NCBI RefSeq assembly: GCF_009914755.1
Contig: NC_060935.1
Reading direction: 5' to 3' (one strand)
Origin: the human T2T-CHM13v2.0 reference genome, Homo sapiens
Length of the DNA: 64,000 nt
Both the position numbers and the translations under genes were made by a program. Positions 13,772-27,127 of the stretch are shown in pieces. Below the pieces are notes generated by a model that had not been told where the DNA came from, did no database searches, and saw only the letters and a list, made by a program, of their open reading frames with translations. Position 1 is the first letter of the stretch, and each line of letters starts with the position of its first letter.

Positions 13772-14082
13772 TTTTTTTTTAAAAAAATCAAAATCAATGT
13801 TAAAAAAGTATTAACAAAATATCAAAATTTCAAATAGAGGCAGGATCAGTATTACTGATTTTTCCTTTGGCCTGTGGCTCTGCTATGGCTTGACCTGGTA
13901 CTCTACTGATCCTAGCTTTATTTAAACTTTTGATCTGTCATTCATCATAGGTTTTTTGCATTGATTTCATTTTGAAAAAAATACTGCATTCAATTATTGT
14001 TTATCTTGATTACTTTTTTTTTTTTTTTTTGCACTTTCTTAAATTTCGTACTGAGTCAAGTGCTTCAACCTACTCCTGGCCT
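13772..14082. mobile_element. Palindromic AT-rich DNA-transposon MITE (hAT-Tip100-like; family not assigned)
   Basis: Inverted arms 13772-13851 and 13904-13981 (aaatcaatg...tatcaaaatttcaaatagaggcaggatcagta vs tactgatcctagctttatttaaac...cattgatttc); tail cttaaatttcgtactgagtcaagtgcttca resembles a Tip100-type terminus. Confidence 0.5.
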
Positions 14083-17000
14083 TGGAACAGAGTAGTAGCA
14101 AGAGAGAGGGTGATTTATCAGGAATGATTGCAAGGGTAATGTCAAGCAGGATGCATTGATGTACCAGCACAATGCCTTATGCCACTGAAGGACAACTCTG
14201 TCTGTTCCTTAAAGTGACTTTTCTTGGATAGCAGGATACTACCTTTCCTCTACCCACCAAAAGCTGTCGCTTGATACTAGGCATTTTCACCAAATGAAGA
14301 CATCATACAGACCCCCCACCTCCACCTTGACTTCCTCCCTCTGAGCAAACTGAGTTTGGGTCTCCCATGACGAAACTCACGTGCAGCTTGTGTACAACTT
14401 CCCTAAATGCCACAAATGCTTCAGAACAAGTGTGGAAATTGGTTTCTAAGCTCCAGCAGTTTCTAAAATAGGGGTGGTTTAAAATAAAGCAGTATGATAA
14501 AAGGGATTCCTATAGAGCAGATTGTGGGAAATAGCAGTGAGCCTCCAAAACAGAAAACCTGGGGAAAAAGTCAGAAAGGGCATCTAGCCATTCCTGAGTA
14601 AGGGGGCGTGGGAGGTAACCGTGGTCTTCCAGGAAGAGTGGCCAGCTCTGTCTCCATTAACTTCAGTCTGGGTGGTGGGGGTGGGGGAAACTCATTTCTT
14701 TCCATCCCCTGAAGCTTCTTTTCACTTTATATCCTGGCTTGATGCAGATGTAATATATTCTGTCGGTGAAAAATTTGGGCTGAAAAATATTGTGGCCTTT
14801 GAAAATTGAGGAGGGAATTGGGTGGGGGTTTTCCAAATTAATGGCAATGTGCAGATGAATCCACTGGGCACAGTGGGGTAGAAGTAGGGAGGGTGGTAGA
14901 AGTGTATTTCTAGACCGATGACTGCATATAAAGCAATGCTTGAGTGAAGAAAACAGTAGAGTAGGTAGAAATGGACATCGATATAGAGAATTTGATACTG
15001 ATGGATTGTGAATGGAAATTTGAGCTTCAATTTCCTTAGATGAGTGGGAGAGAAGGTTGTCTTGTAAGAATATGGGCTTGAGGTGAATATTTAGCAGAAT
15101 ATTGAAGGTCAAGAGAAGTAGAGATTGAATTAGCCAAAGATATCGAACGCACTTGGAAAAGTCCTAGAAGATCCCCTGAACGTGGAGACGGTGAAAGTGT
15201 GTGGCTCCCATCTCCACAATTACATGATTTGTGTCTCTGGCTGTGCTCAGCTTTCTGGGCAAAGGCTTGGAGAAGGTGAGTCATAGGACTGACCCCAGTT
15301 TGGGAAGACGCAAGGCCTGTGAAGTGTGGAGGGTACTGGATGGTGGAGAAGAAGGGGGAGAACTTCAGATGTGGTTAATGTCAGGGCAGTGTCTGATGTG
15401 GCCAGCAATGGCAAACATGAGCCGTGCTGCTAAGCCTCAAGCTTCCAAGTATTATGCAACCTTTTCATAACACTAGAAAGAGCTGAGGGAGCTGTGTGGT
15501 TGCAGGGCCCTGTTGCAGGGAAGCACCCTAGGTCAGCATAGGCAGCCACACAGCCAGTGCTTTCTAGCAACTAGGGCCTCTTTGGTCCTCTTGGCCTCCC
15601 CTTACCATCACTATGAGCTCTGCATTGTTAACAGTACAATCTCTGCTTTTGAAATGTAGCCACACAGCCCCACCTTAGGTTAAAAAAAATTAAAAAATAA
15701 AAAATCCTTATTTACTTCTCTGGGACACATTTAGGAACAGGCCTGTTATAGAAGACATTGCCTTTGTAGCATGTTAAGTTCCCACTAGTCCTCCTACTCA
15801 TAATGAAAATGCTCATATATGGGAACCAATGATGAGGGCATAATCCTCAGGTTGATAATTAAGATAGATGCCGCTAACATTTCTTAAACCATGCTGCATA
15901 CAGCTGTCAGGGCAGGAGGGAATTTGAGAAGGCGGTATATAATTAACCTAGTTGGAATTGGGCCAAGGGACCCAAGGTTAATGGCCCTGGGAATGGGAGC
16001 ATTAATGACTATTAATGGTCAAGCCCTTTTTCATGTCGTACTCATTAGAGCTACCTTTTATATTCTGTAAGATCATGGCCTTTGGCCTCAGGACCAAGGG
16101 TAATGGAGAGTTGCCACTCCCCCAGACAATGTGTTCTGCATTCTGACAGCTTCTGTCCAGCTCTTGATTCCCCCCACCCATCACAATCTTCAGGTGTAGT
16201 GTATAGCAGATCTCAACACACTCCAGCCATCTGCTGAGCCCTGCTGATGAGAGCTGAGACATATACATCATGCATATTCATGGGCAAAAATTGTTTCAGG
16301 TTTTTATTCAACAGATCGACAAAAGCGTGACATCCTCTTGCTTTTACCTGTTTGGCTCTGGTGTTCCTTTCTCTATACAGTCCCTGGGTGAGCTGGAATA
16401 GAATCTTTAACCACTCTGGGATGTGTCCTCCCTCCATCATATTTGATGGCCACAGGAATCATTAACGTGAATCTTCACAGGCTTGCACGCTGCCTTGATT
16501 GACAAAGAAACTGCTATTTTTGTCCACTCTGTTTATCCTTTCCCTATACCTCCAAAAGAGATTTAACCTCCAAAAGAGATTTCTACCTCATAAGCTAATC
16601 TTCTGTGATAAGCTTTTATGATGCAAATTTGGGAGAGTGGATAGACAGAGACAGAACTAGAGTAAAGGAGATGAGGGTACAGATGCATGGGAGAGAAGAA
16701 AAGGCAGAAACAGAGCAAAAGAGAATGAGAAAGTAAAATTCACTATGGGTGTGATTTGTGTGGGGGAGTCGAGCATGGGTCCTGGGAAAAAGGAAGCTTC
16801 AGGCAGCTGTGTTGTATGTGAGAGAAGAAGCACACGCAGAGGAAAGTTAATTTTAAGAAGTCTAGCTGATGGTTATCAAGCAGATCTCTTTTAATCTTCT
16901 TAGAGGGCTACAGGTAAACACTGGTATTAGTTTTAATTGCATCAGGTTGTTGAAGCATTTTCCTTTGCATGGAAACCCTCAACACTGGGTCATATGGGGT

Positions 17001-19789
17001 TCTGGGATGACATGAGTTTCCACATTTAACTGGAAGGCTGAAGTCAAAGCTTCGAGAGAAGCTCAAACAGGGAGAGTGGCTTTGCCTCCTCCTTCACCTT
17101 AGTATTGGAAATACATTCTGTGGTTCCAACTTTCCTAATGAGTTTTAAAAACTGGAGTGTGTTGAATATTGCCAAAGACCAAGAAGTCCCCTACTCTCTG
17201 TGGTGAGAAGACTGTCAGGGTTACACATTCGTTTCAATCCTCACATCAAGTCTCAAGAGTGGGCATTACAAACCCATTTGTAAACGTGCAAACTGAGGCC
17301 TAGTGCCATAGAGCGACTTACTCCTTTGTGGTCATGAAGTTAATAAGAAGCAGCTCCACTCGGAGTAGGAGTCTGAATTTTTATAATAAAAGGAATGGTG
17401 AAGAAAGGAGAGACACTGAAAGTGGAAATTAAGTTCTTAAGGAGAGGCGGGAATTCAATGAAAGCTACAGGGCTCTTCTCCAGCTCCCCTTGCCAGGCTC
17501 ATCTGGAGGATTCTCTAACACTCAGTGACTTTGAGTCTTTGTTGGGGGAGTGAGAAAACCAGCAGCAGCGAAGAAGAGCCGCTGTCCCTCCGCTGCGTTT
17601 CACCCTGCGTGAAAGCCTCAGCTGGCTGCTGGCCTCTGCCCCTGCCTAGGCTCTTTCTTTGGACCCAACAAAAGGGCAGTGGGGGAAGCAGAGCCTGTCT
17701 TCTGCCCTTGGCAATTAAGGTCCAGGTAGAGGCAGGACAAGGAAGACTTCTGCCTGGCGCTGCCGGCCTTGGCATTTCCTCCACGAACCTGCAAGAGAAT
17801 TCATGCCATTGAATCACCCATAATCAGATGCAGTGACTATCATTTTTTTGTGTGTGAACATCTCACTGGCTGAACACAAACATCTCAATAGCCATGGCGC
17901 CCTAATTTTCTTTGTCGGAGACAACAAAACCAAAGGTAATGAGCAGGAGGAGGGACTGAGTCCCAGGGGGCACATTGTCTGGAGGAGTCTCCTGGGCTTA
18001 AATACATCTAAAGTAGATCCAAAAGAAAGCAGTGATTACAGGCTAATTTTCTGCCTGCATTATGTTAAGTGTCCTGTCTCTACACAAATGGCAATTGCTT
18101 TATGCCAGAAATCTTTTACTGAATTCCTCTTATTGGTAAATTTTGTATTAAAAAAAGAGAGAGAGACAGACTAAAGAAAGGTTTTTTTCAATTTAAAGGT
18201 GAGACTATGAGGATGCCAGTAAAAGATACAAGACTGGCACATCCCCAAGAGTTGATTTTCCTTTTCAAATGCAAGTATTGGAGAAGGCAAAATGGTCCTT
18301 CCTTTGAATTTGCCAGTTAAAGGGTGGAGGCTCCCAACTTGAGCTGGAGGAGGACACAGCGCTGCTTCGGGCAGCACACAGGGTTCTTTGCTGAGACAGC
18401 TGAGGGGGCTGAGGCAAGGGGCAGAGGTGAAGAGAGGCTGATGCATTTGGCCCTTCCTTAGTCATCAGATGGCCATCCACAGGAGAGTGAGACGGACACC
18501 TGAGACCCTCTTCCTCCTGCGTAGACACTGCCCCTTTCCCAGGAGCAATGAGAGTCAGCCCAGCCATGTCACTGACTGCCTCTTCCTCTTCCAGTCTGGG
18601 TCTGAAGTCCTAAAGACATTTTTTTGCATGCTCTTCCTTCATTCACTCCTCATTCGTGCTGTGAATACCTCCTAAGCATCTTCTATGTTGCAGACAGTGG
18701 GCCACACCCTGAGAATTCAAAATATAATTATAAGAAGGAAGTGGAAATTATGATAGTCAAACAGAAATGGAACATAAGCATTGAAATCAGAGAGATCTGA
18801 ATGGAAAATTCCACCAAACCCCTCCTTGCCTTGAATAAATACCAAGATTTTATACTTGAAAAATGGAGTGGGAGGAGGGGACTGCTGACTCCTGCCTCAG
18901 AGAGTTGTGGAAAGGATTAAATAATATCTTTAAAGCAATTAGCATAGAGTCTGTAGTATTCAATGCCCAATAACCACTTGTTGTTTCTGCCCTTATTTGA
19001 AATTCTCAGTTGGTACCAGAGCCTTCCCCTATCCCAGAGATGCATCTGACTCACAACCACCAGGGCATCAGGCCCTCCAGGCCAAGAGGCACGTACCTTC
19101 CCTAAGTAAAATGCAAACCTATGGTCCTCTTGACAGGAGGCTGGGAGGAAGGATGAAGGATGAAGGCTGTGACATGGCCACCTGGTGGGGCAGGGGAAAT
19201 TTGGGATCAGTTCCAAGTGAAGGCAATGGAGATGCGAGAGAGGCCCTTCTGTGCCAGCTACCACAGCAGGCATTTTGTATAGATTATTTTGCAGGTGTGT
19301 GTGAGGGGTGGGACTCCCCATCCAATCTAATCTCAACAACTCCAGGTGAATGTTCGAGGTGAGGTCAAAAGACAAATACAAAAGTGCAATGTCCCAGAGC
19401 CCCTGAAAAAGCTAAGCCTTGGTCTTTGGCCACCAAGGCATGTCTATTTCTGAGGATGTGTGGCAGGACCATTCATTCCAAAAAGAAATGAAGATTTATG
19501 TTACATCTGAGAATAAGTAGTAAATTAGCAATAAGTCAACTTTTCATCCAATATCCCCTGCAGACAGGGTATTGATACCAGGAAGGATCAGATTATTCTC
19601 CAACCATCCCGAATGGGAAACTGGGACTTAATTTATGCTTGTCTGTATGTGCCACATGCCAGTGCTGAAATGGGTATTGTGATTTTCTTGACTGGTTACC
19701 TCCAGTGTTGAATGCAGCCTCAAGGACATGACTGTGAGGAAGAGAAGGAGGATATTGGTCTTCATTTCTCGAGATCCTAGGCAGGGAAT

Positions 19790-19976
19790 GCAGTCCACAC
19801 TTCACCTATGATGAGCTATGTGACCTTGGGCAAATTATTTCTTTGAGCATGCTATAGCCTCTATAAAATGGGGATTGTGACATCTGACAGAGTTGTCGTG
19901 AGGTTCAATTTAGATAACACAATTTAAATACCAAGCAGAGGAACCGCCATTTACTGGACACTCAGTTGATATTAGT
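19790..19976 (+). mobile_element. MIR SINE
   Basis: gagctatgtgaccttgggcaaattatttct...ctataaaatggggat...gagttgtcgtgaggttcaatttagataa. Confidence 0.8.
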
Positions 19977-21446
19977 TCTCTGACACAGAATACAGAATGA
20001 AGGACACTTGGCAAGGGTTTAGTGTTTGATGATGATGATAATGATAATAGCAGCATTACTGTGGGTGTTCAGAAAAGAAGACAAACACGGGACTCTATTG
20101 CCTCCAGAACTTGGCAGGGAGTTGAGTGCTAGAAGTGGAAATGGGGGTGGTTGTAGCTTTGCTGATTCATGATACCAGAAAGGCACTGAAGTCCCAGTTC
20201 CAGGCAGCAGAGTCATCTACGGCATGCAGGACACCACGTTGTACAAGAATGTAGATTCATTGTGCTGCTTGGTCACTCAGCTCAGTCTTCTCCATCTCAG
20301 GTTACCCAGGGCCAACTTTCAATTCATCTCCTTTCCCAGCAGTGAGGATGCTCTTCAATGGGGATGTCTCTCAGCTCCCTGACCTACAGCCACCTAGCAT
20401 CACCTCTTATGAACCCTGTGGAGCCTGGCAGAAATTGATTCCCAGATTGAGTTTTTCTGGTCAGGAATAAGCAGGGATGTGAAATAACTGAACTCCATAC
20501 AATTCCGCCTTTTGGATCCACTGGACTTTGGAGCAAGTTTCCTAAGACACTGGATTATCTCATGGTCAAGGTGAACATCTCCCATCACCCTGGCAGCCTG
20601 TCACCTTCTTCCTTTCCTTCTTTTCCTTTCTAACCACATTCTTCTCCAGCTTCTCTTTCTCCTTTATCTGCTCATTTCTCTCTCATTTAGTCTTGCTCAA
20701 AATTGCTCTCAAAGATTCTTTTTCCTGCCATCCCTCTTAGGAAGCAGACGAATAGCGGGATGCCAGCCCTGGATGGACCATAAATAATGCATAATGCCCA
20801 GAAAGAGCCAGAGTGGCCCTCTGATTACAAAGAGAATATCTTTTGATAACACATTATCCTATTTACTCTTTGTAATGCCACCAGTTCTTCATTCAGTAGC
20901 ACCACGCACCCACTTGCTCACCAATTTGAAACCCCAGCAAAAAAAACAGTGTTCCTGCTGCTGTCTGATCCTGGCTCCACCACCAGGAGGGCCTGTCAGA
21001 CATCCTCTTCTGATGCCTATGCTGCCATCCCTGGGCCCCTGGAAGCCTGCCAGAAAGGTGGTCAGTCTCTTCTCCATTCAAAGCATATGTTTATCTTAAA
21101 CTCTTGTTATAGCCTCGTGTTTTGATTCTTGCTGAACTCTGGAGAATATAAAGGCCTCTAACTCAGCCCCCTGATGTATACAAACATAGTACTGAATAAG
21201 TTCCATATTCAGGACCCAGGGCTTAATGAATACTGGATGCCCCAAACATAACCCTGCAGATTATTATTATTTCCAGTTTCAATGAAGGAAATTATGACTC
21301 AGATAAGCTAATTGATTGGTTAAAGGTTACCAAGCTAGTAAATTATAAACCCCCAATTGAAATCCAGTAGCCATGACTTCCTGTTCTGTTATCATTCTTT
21401 CTTTCTATGGGTTAGGATTTAGAATTTGGAGACAAGGATAGGTGAG

Positions 21447-21900
21447 TATATTAGCCAGGGTAACAATAGAAGACAGAATTTTATTTTATTCAAGTGAAGA
21501 TATGGTATTGAGGAGACAGTTTACAGAGGTTACAGATAGGGTAAAGAACACCTAAAAGGAATGTGGAGACACTCAGTGGTTTGTAAACAAGAAAGCTCTT
21601 GCTACCCCTAGGCTTAAAGAAAAAGGGGGAAGGGATAATGTTTTGGAGCTGAGGGGAAGGCTGGAGCCATGGAGGAAGGTCCGCCTGCCGGATCTCTAGC
21701 TTGGAAGGCTTAAACACTGACAGGTGCAGCTCTGGAGAAGGGACGGAATGGGGAAGAGGACCACTTTCTTTGTTCAGGCATTTGCCAAGTTCAACTAGAA
21801 ATAGCCAGTGAGGGAGAAGGTGATAGAGTTGGTGGGGTCTACATTTCCTGGCACAGACCAGAGCTGGTAGTGGGGAAGAGTTTGGAAAGCAGTCAACACA
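21447..21900 (-). mobile_element. Old ERVL-class LTR remnant (LTR33-like)
   Basis: tattagccagggt...gacagtttacagaggttacagatagggtaaagaacacc...gctacccctaggcttaaag resembles recalled ERVL LTRs. Confidence 0.35.
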
Positions 21901-22031
21901 TAGCACCAGTGCCTGGTCCTTCTTCACAGGGCTGTGGGTAAAAGAGCCACTGCCTTCCTACCCAGACTCTATACCTACAGGGGGAATCACCATGAATCCA
22001 AGAAAACTCAGGCTTCAGGGGCTTTTCCCAT

Positions 22032-22536
22032 TATGTATTGCTTCAAAATACTCCACCCCAAAACTTGGGGGGTTCAAACAAGAATGACTTATGATTTCTT
22101 ATGTTTCTGTAGGTTGGCCGGGTGGTCTTTCTGCTTTTTCGTGGTGTCAGCTGGAGTCACTCACACAGCTGCATTCAGCTCGGAGCTCAGCTGGGTCTGA
22201 AACATACAAGCCAGCCCCACTCACACTCTAGGCTTTTCAGTTCTCTGGCACAGAACCCTGATCTCTGCACATGATCTTGTGTCATTTTATTTCCTAGCCT
22301 GAACTTTTTTTTATGGTGGCTGGCTTCCAGAAGGGCAAAAGCCGTCAGGCCTCAAAAGACCTATGTCACTGCCTGACACAGCATTGCCTCTGCCTCATTT
22401 TATTGGTCAGAGAAACTTGCAGCCCAGCCCAGATTCAAGAAAAAGGGATATAGTTTCCACTTCACGATGGCAAGTGCAGCATGTGCATACAGGGTGGGAG
22501 GAATTCTTGGAGGCCTTTTTTTGGCCAGTCCACCAC
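22032..22536 (-). mobile_element. MLT1 (H/I/J-like) MaLR LTR
   Basis: ccacccaaaacttggggggttcaaacaag...tcagctggagtcactcacacagctgcattcagct...ttttattggtcagagaaacttgcagcccagcccagattcaag...tccaccaca. Confidence 0.75.
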
Positions 22537-24247
22537 AGTCTGCCTTCTCACTATAGCAATTCGTGCCCTTCTTATGTGGAAAATATATTCCCCCTCACAC
22601 ATCCAGAATTTTCATCCCATTATTACATCAAACCAAAATCCAATAATCTGTATTGGGCTGAGATGTGACTGTGGCACTTCTTGGGCTAAAGAACTGTGAG
22701 CTGAAAATACAAGGTAAATCCCACTATATCCAGCATATAATGGTGATATAATGCTAATACAAGCGCAGGATATTTGCAATAAACACTGGAATTTAAAAAG
22801 GCAAAGAACAGGAAGCACATCACAGTTACTGGCCCATAACAATTCTAAAATCCAGGAAGGCATTCATTCACTGTGCATTAAGCCTTCCTGGGAGCAAAGA
22901 ATTTTCTGTGATTAGCATCAAGCTCTGCCTCTGTGAGGGTTCTTGATTCAAGCCAGAGATCCAGCAGGTGGACCTTCCTCCGTGGCTCCAGCTCTCCCCT
23001 TGGTTCCAAACATTATCTCTTCTCCCTTTTTCTTTAACTGTCATTTTCAACTTTTGGTTGATTCCACCTTCTGGCCTCTTTGCTATGCCCTCAGATTCAT
23101 TCTTCCTTTTTCATAAGAAATGGCCCATGTTTGCAGCTGAATAACTTTCTCAGCTTGCTTTTTTCCCCGTAGAAAGCTTGTGACTCAAATGCCTCTTTTC
23201 ACTTTGAACTTCCTTATCCCTTTATTCAACCCGGTAGTTCTCCCATCATGATAATTCTCTTTAAAATATTACGTGCCATTCATTGACCTCACCAAGGGTT
23301 CACTCTGTGCTCCATGCCCTAGCATAATTCTTTCAGCAACTAACCTCTCGCTACTTTGCGTGTGTAAAGCAACATCGCTATGATTTCCAGGACTTCTTTT
23401 GTCTGACTTGGAAGGTCTAGGAAACATTGCCTTGAATCTTCTAGAATTCTTAAGAAGGTATCCTTCAGCCACAGCTTTGATTTGATCTTTACCCGAAGGC
23501 CCATATTTTGTGAATCTTTGCCACCTGGAAAACTATGCTGGGGGCCCTTACGTTTTCTTCATTTTTTCTTGAAAATTGGCCAATTCTTTGGCTCCTCTCT
23601 CCTTTGCAATGCCTCAACATACATTACTAAAAGAAGCCACTTAGCATTTTCAATTTTACCTGGCCTTAGCCAAGTTCACAATGTATTCACTTACCTCTCC
23701 ATTCTCCGAGCCTCTCCTCTTTACTCTCTGCCTTAGTCTTTTTCTGTTGCTATAAAGGAATATCTGAGGCTGGGTAATTTACAGAGAAAAAAGGCTTATT
23801 TGGCTTATGGTTCTGCAACATAAACAAGAAGCATGGCCCCAGCATCTGCTTCTGCTGAGAGCATCAGGCTGCTTCCACTCATGGTAGAAGATGAAAGGGA
23901 GCTGGTGTGCAGAGATTGCATGGCGAGAGAGGAAGCAAGGGTTGGGGGAGGTGCCAGTCTCTTTCTAACAACAAGTTCTCACAGAAACTAATAGTGAGGA
24001 TTCACTCACTACCGGGAGAATGACACCAAGTCATTCATGAGGGAACCATCCCTATGAACCAAACACCTCCTACCAGGCCCCACTTCTAACCCTGGAAATC
24101 AAATGTCAACATGAGGCGTGGTGGGGCCAAACAAACCATATCCAGACCAGAGCTCCCCCTAACCTGCTACATGAGCTCAAAGCCAATACCACAAGTCTTA
24201 GACTTTTGTCATGACAGCATGACACATCTAATAAAATTTCATTGTCT
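22537..24247 (-). mobile_element. MLT1 internal (MaLR-int) sequence, interrupted by an MST LTR
   Basis: Runs directly from one MLT1 LTR to the next, with MaLR-int-like motifs (aagaactgtgagctgaaaatacaag, ccagcatataatggtg, aaagccaataccacaag...ttttgtcatgacagca). Confidence 0.55.
23729..24153 (-). mobile_element. MST (MSTC/MSTD-like) MaLR solo LTR nested in MLT1-int
   Basis: tgccttagtctttttctgttgctataaaggaatatctgaggctgggtaattta...aaacacctcctaccaggccccacttctaac...caacatgagg...catatccagacc. Confidence 0.85.
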
Positions 24248-24470
24248 GTTGTTTTCATTATCTATTGCTGGGCAGAAAATCTTCCAAAAACTTAGTGGCT
24301 GAAAACAACAACAAGTATTTCCTTGCTCATGATTTTGCAATTTGTGCAAGGCTCAGCAGGGTTGACCCAATGCTGCTCCACATGGTGACAGTTGGAGTCA
24401 TTTCCATGGCTGAATTCAGCTGGGTGCGCCTCTGAAGTTGAAGCATCCAGAAAGGCCTTATCTGCTTATG
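24248..24470 (-). mobile_element. Second MLT1 LTR (partial)
   Basis: tatctattgctgggcagaaaatcttccaaaaacttagtggctgaaaacaac...gctcatgattttgc...ggctgaattcagctggg, homologous to 22032-22200. Confidence 0.7.
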
Positions 24471-24559
24471 TTTTGGGATGGTCTAGTGCAAAAAGAGCTA
24501 AGAGAAACAGGGCCTGTCACTTGAACTGTCTGCTTGCAAGATTGTGGAAGAGGCACTAA

Positions 24560-25445
24560 GAAGATAGTCACCTGGTCATGTTTTGTAAACTACTAAAGTG
24601 AGACATTTTAACTGCAATCAATCAGGACTTCCATTGCTTTTAACCTGACATAACATTCATCATATTGCAGGTGGCATTGCGATGGCAAAAAGCATTTTTG
24701 GGATTCACCTGAGAGAAATTTGAGTTGGGATGCCTTGAGTTTGCATTTAATCAAATGTACTTTATGTACCACACATCCTGTCTATGCATATTACATTCTT
24801 GCTAGCTGTTCTGCTGTAGGGATGGCTTTCAGAAATGTGTCTACTGCCTACAATGCAGACACAAGTGTCTCCCAGAAGTCACATGGTACAATAAGAACAT
24901 GTCTCATGTGGCCCAGTATTGGGGATATGTGAAGAGTGGAAGAAATTTGAAACTAGTCTGTGGAAAGTTCTACCAAGTATCATAGACCTTGAAAGAAACT
25001 CAAAGTTTTTCAAGACATCCTAAGAATTTCTATAACGTTACCAATCATGATTTGGGAAGCTGAAAGAAACTGTCTTGAGCTATCAATTTAAAAAAATCAG
25101 TCAACTATGCCAGAGTTTATACCGAATTATCTTTCTATTCTTTCTATAGGAAATGGTAACATAAAATTCTTTGCATCTGAAGATGTGATAAAAAGTATAT
25201 AGCTAAGAATATAGGAAAATATTACAGAAGTGCATTGGGGAGATATTTAATAACAATATTATTTTCCTGGAGTTTCTGATGTTTGTGGGTATATTTTAGC
25301 CTTTAAAAAATTATTACTTGTGATTTCTCATTTTAATTAAATACTCACATCCATACCTAATTTTATATTTGTAATTGCATATTCTTTTCTTAAAGAGCAC
25401 CTCAAAATGGTATAATATTCAAGCCCCACTGATCTGGGCCCATGT
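24560..25445 (+). mobile_element. hAT-Tip100 DNA transposon remnant (Zaphod-like), transposase C-terminal region and 3' end
   Basis: gctgaaagaaactgtcttgagctatcaatttaaaaaaatcagtcaactatgccagag...gaattatctttctattctttctatagg resembles a decayed hAT dimerisation-domain coding stretch (AERxFS...STM...LxILSI); ends aaaatggtataatattcaagccccac. Confidence 0.55.
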
Positions 25446-25779
25446 TCATACCTAGACCAGAGGCTTCACTCTGAAAGGCAATGTGAACATATTAACTAAT
25501 AAAGTACTGGAGTTGGTATTATCTCCCAGCATGAAGAAATCACGTTCAGTGTAAAATGACTCATCTGTGTTGCAATTCTGGGGAGGATAGGGAATCAGAG
25601 GATACCAGAGCGAGATAAGACAAGATGAGGAATGAGAACAGCTAAGATGAATGTCACCTTCTTCAGTGGCTTCAGAGACACACATGGGAATGGTAACTTT
25701 AGGCCACAGGACACGCTCAGATCTGGTGAAGATCTGGGGACACAGGGAGAGCAATGCTGCTTATAATCCGACAATAATA

Positions 25780-26230
25780 ACATAACTCATTTTCCTGATT
25801 ATTTTGTATTCGGCACTAGCTTGAGCACTTTATATGTATTAACGCATATGATCTGCCTAACAACTCTGCAAGGCAGTTTTGATTGCCATATCCATTTTGG
25901 AAATGGAAAGAAGGCATGGAGACATTCAAGAATTTGCCCTAGGTCACTCTGCTGGCACCTGCTGGAACTGGGGTTCCATGAGTCCATCTGCTCCAGAGGC
26001 TGCTGGCTTAACAACTCACACCTTTGCATTTGTATAGCACTGTGCAGTTTATCAAGCAATTTTACATACAGCATCTCACTTACAGTCCTAATAGCCCTGA
26101 AAAGTTGGCAGGGCAGTTACTGTTACTCTCATTTTGTGAGTGATTAATTGAAATCTAAAATTGCAAAGTGACTTATTCATCATCACCCAGCTATCAGTGG
26201 TGGTATTAGAGCTGAAAGCCAACCCTTGAG
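25780..26230 (-). mobile_element. Two tandem MIR fragments
   Basis: gcactttatatgtattaac...caactctgcaaggcag...ttgccctaggtcac; and aatagccctgaaaagttggcagggc...attttgtgagtg...aagtgacttattc...cacccagcta. Confidence 0.7.
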
Positions 26231-26819
26231 TGCATTTCATTTTCTCACATTGTGTATTAATAAATTTCAGCTATAGTTATCTTCAGTTTCTAAGACATCT
26301 TTATGTATAACGCTAACACAGTACCTTCCACAACTTCATAAAAAGGCATTGTTATTATCCCAATGTTACCAAAGAAAAATATGTAGCTTAGAGAAACAAG
26401 TCCTGGTGGTATGGCTCCAAATTCACAAGCCACACTCTCTCCTGCACAAGCAGCCATGGCCCCGGTCTACCTGCTAAATCCCACACAGGACTTGGCCCTT
26501 CCGATGCTAGGGGAACAGAAGATGGATTCAACACCTCAAGACTTCAAAGTGCACAGTGGGTTCAGGGGACATTAAATAGATCCATGTGTCTGGAGCATGA
26601 ATATCAAGTTGAAAAAAATGGGACCAGATGATGGGGGCTTTGAGTACCATGATGTGAACGTTAATTTGCAGGGAGTGAGCACTGAGTATACGCAGATCTG
26701 TACTAGATTCTGTGAACAAACTGAATACATAAAAGTGTAGTCTTAAGCTGCAAACTGTTTGGCCTCTTGTCTAGGAATAACAAACCTGTATGAGAGAAGC
26801 AGGAAAAGAAGCAACTTAG

Positions 26820-27127
26820 GGCCAGGTGTGGTGGCTCATGCCTGTAGTCCTAGCACTTTGAGAAACTGAGGCAGGCAGATCGCTTGAGCCCAGGAGCTCA
26901 AGACCAGCCTGGGCAACACGGTGAACCTCGTCACTACCAAAAAAAAGAAAAAAATACAAAAATTAGCTGGGCTTGGTGGCACATGTCTGTAGTCCCTAGG
27001 CTGGGGCTGGGGTGGGGGTGCTCAAGTGGGAGGATCACCTGAGTCCAGGGAGGTTGATGCCGTAGTGAGCCGTGATCACACCACTGCACTCCAGCCTGGG
27101 TGGCAGAGTGAGACACTGTCTCAAATA
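26820..27127 (+). mobile_element. AluJ SINE with G-rich replacement in right arm
   Basis: ggccaggtgtggtggctcatgcctgtag...cgcttgagcccaggag (J diagnostic)...gtgagacactgtctcaaa; TSD aagcaacttag (26809-26819) / aagcaaattag (27128-27138). Confidence 0.95.

Noticed and set aside
14663-15112. 149-aa - strand ORF with a faint resemblance to a LINE endonuclease motif (EAQISI...LYRCP)
   Set aside because: No catalytic motifs discernible; resemblance too weak without an HMM search
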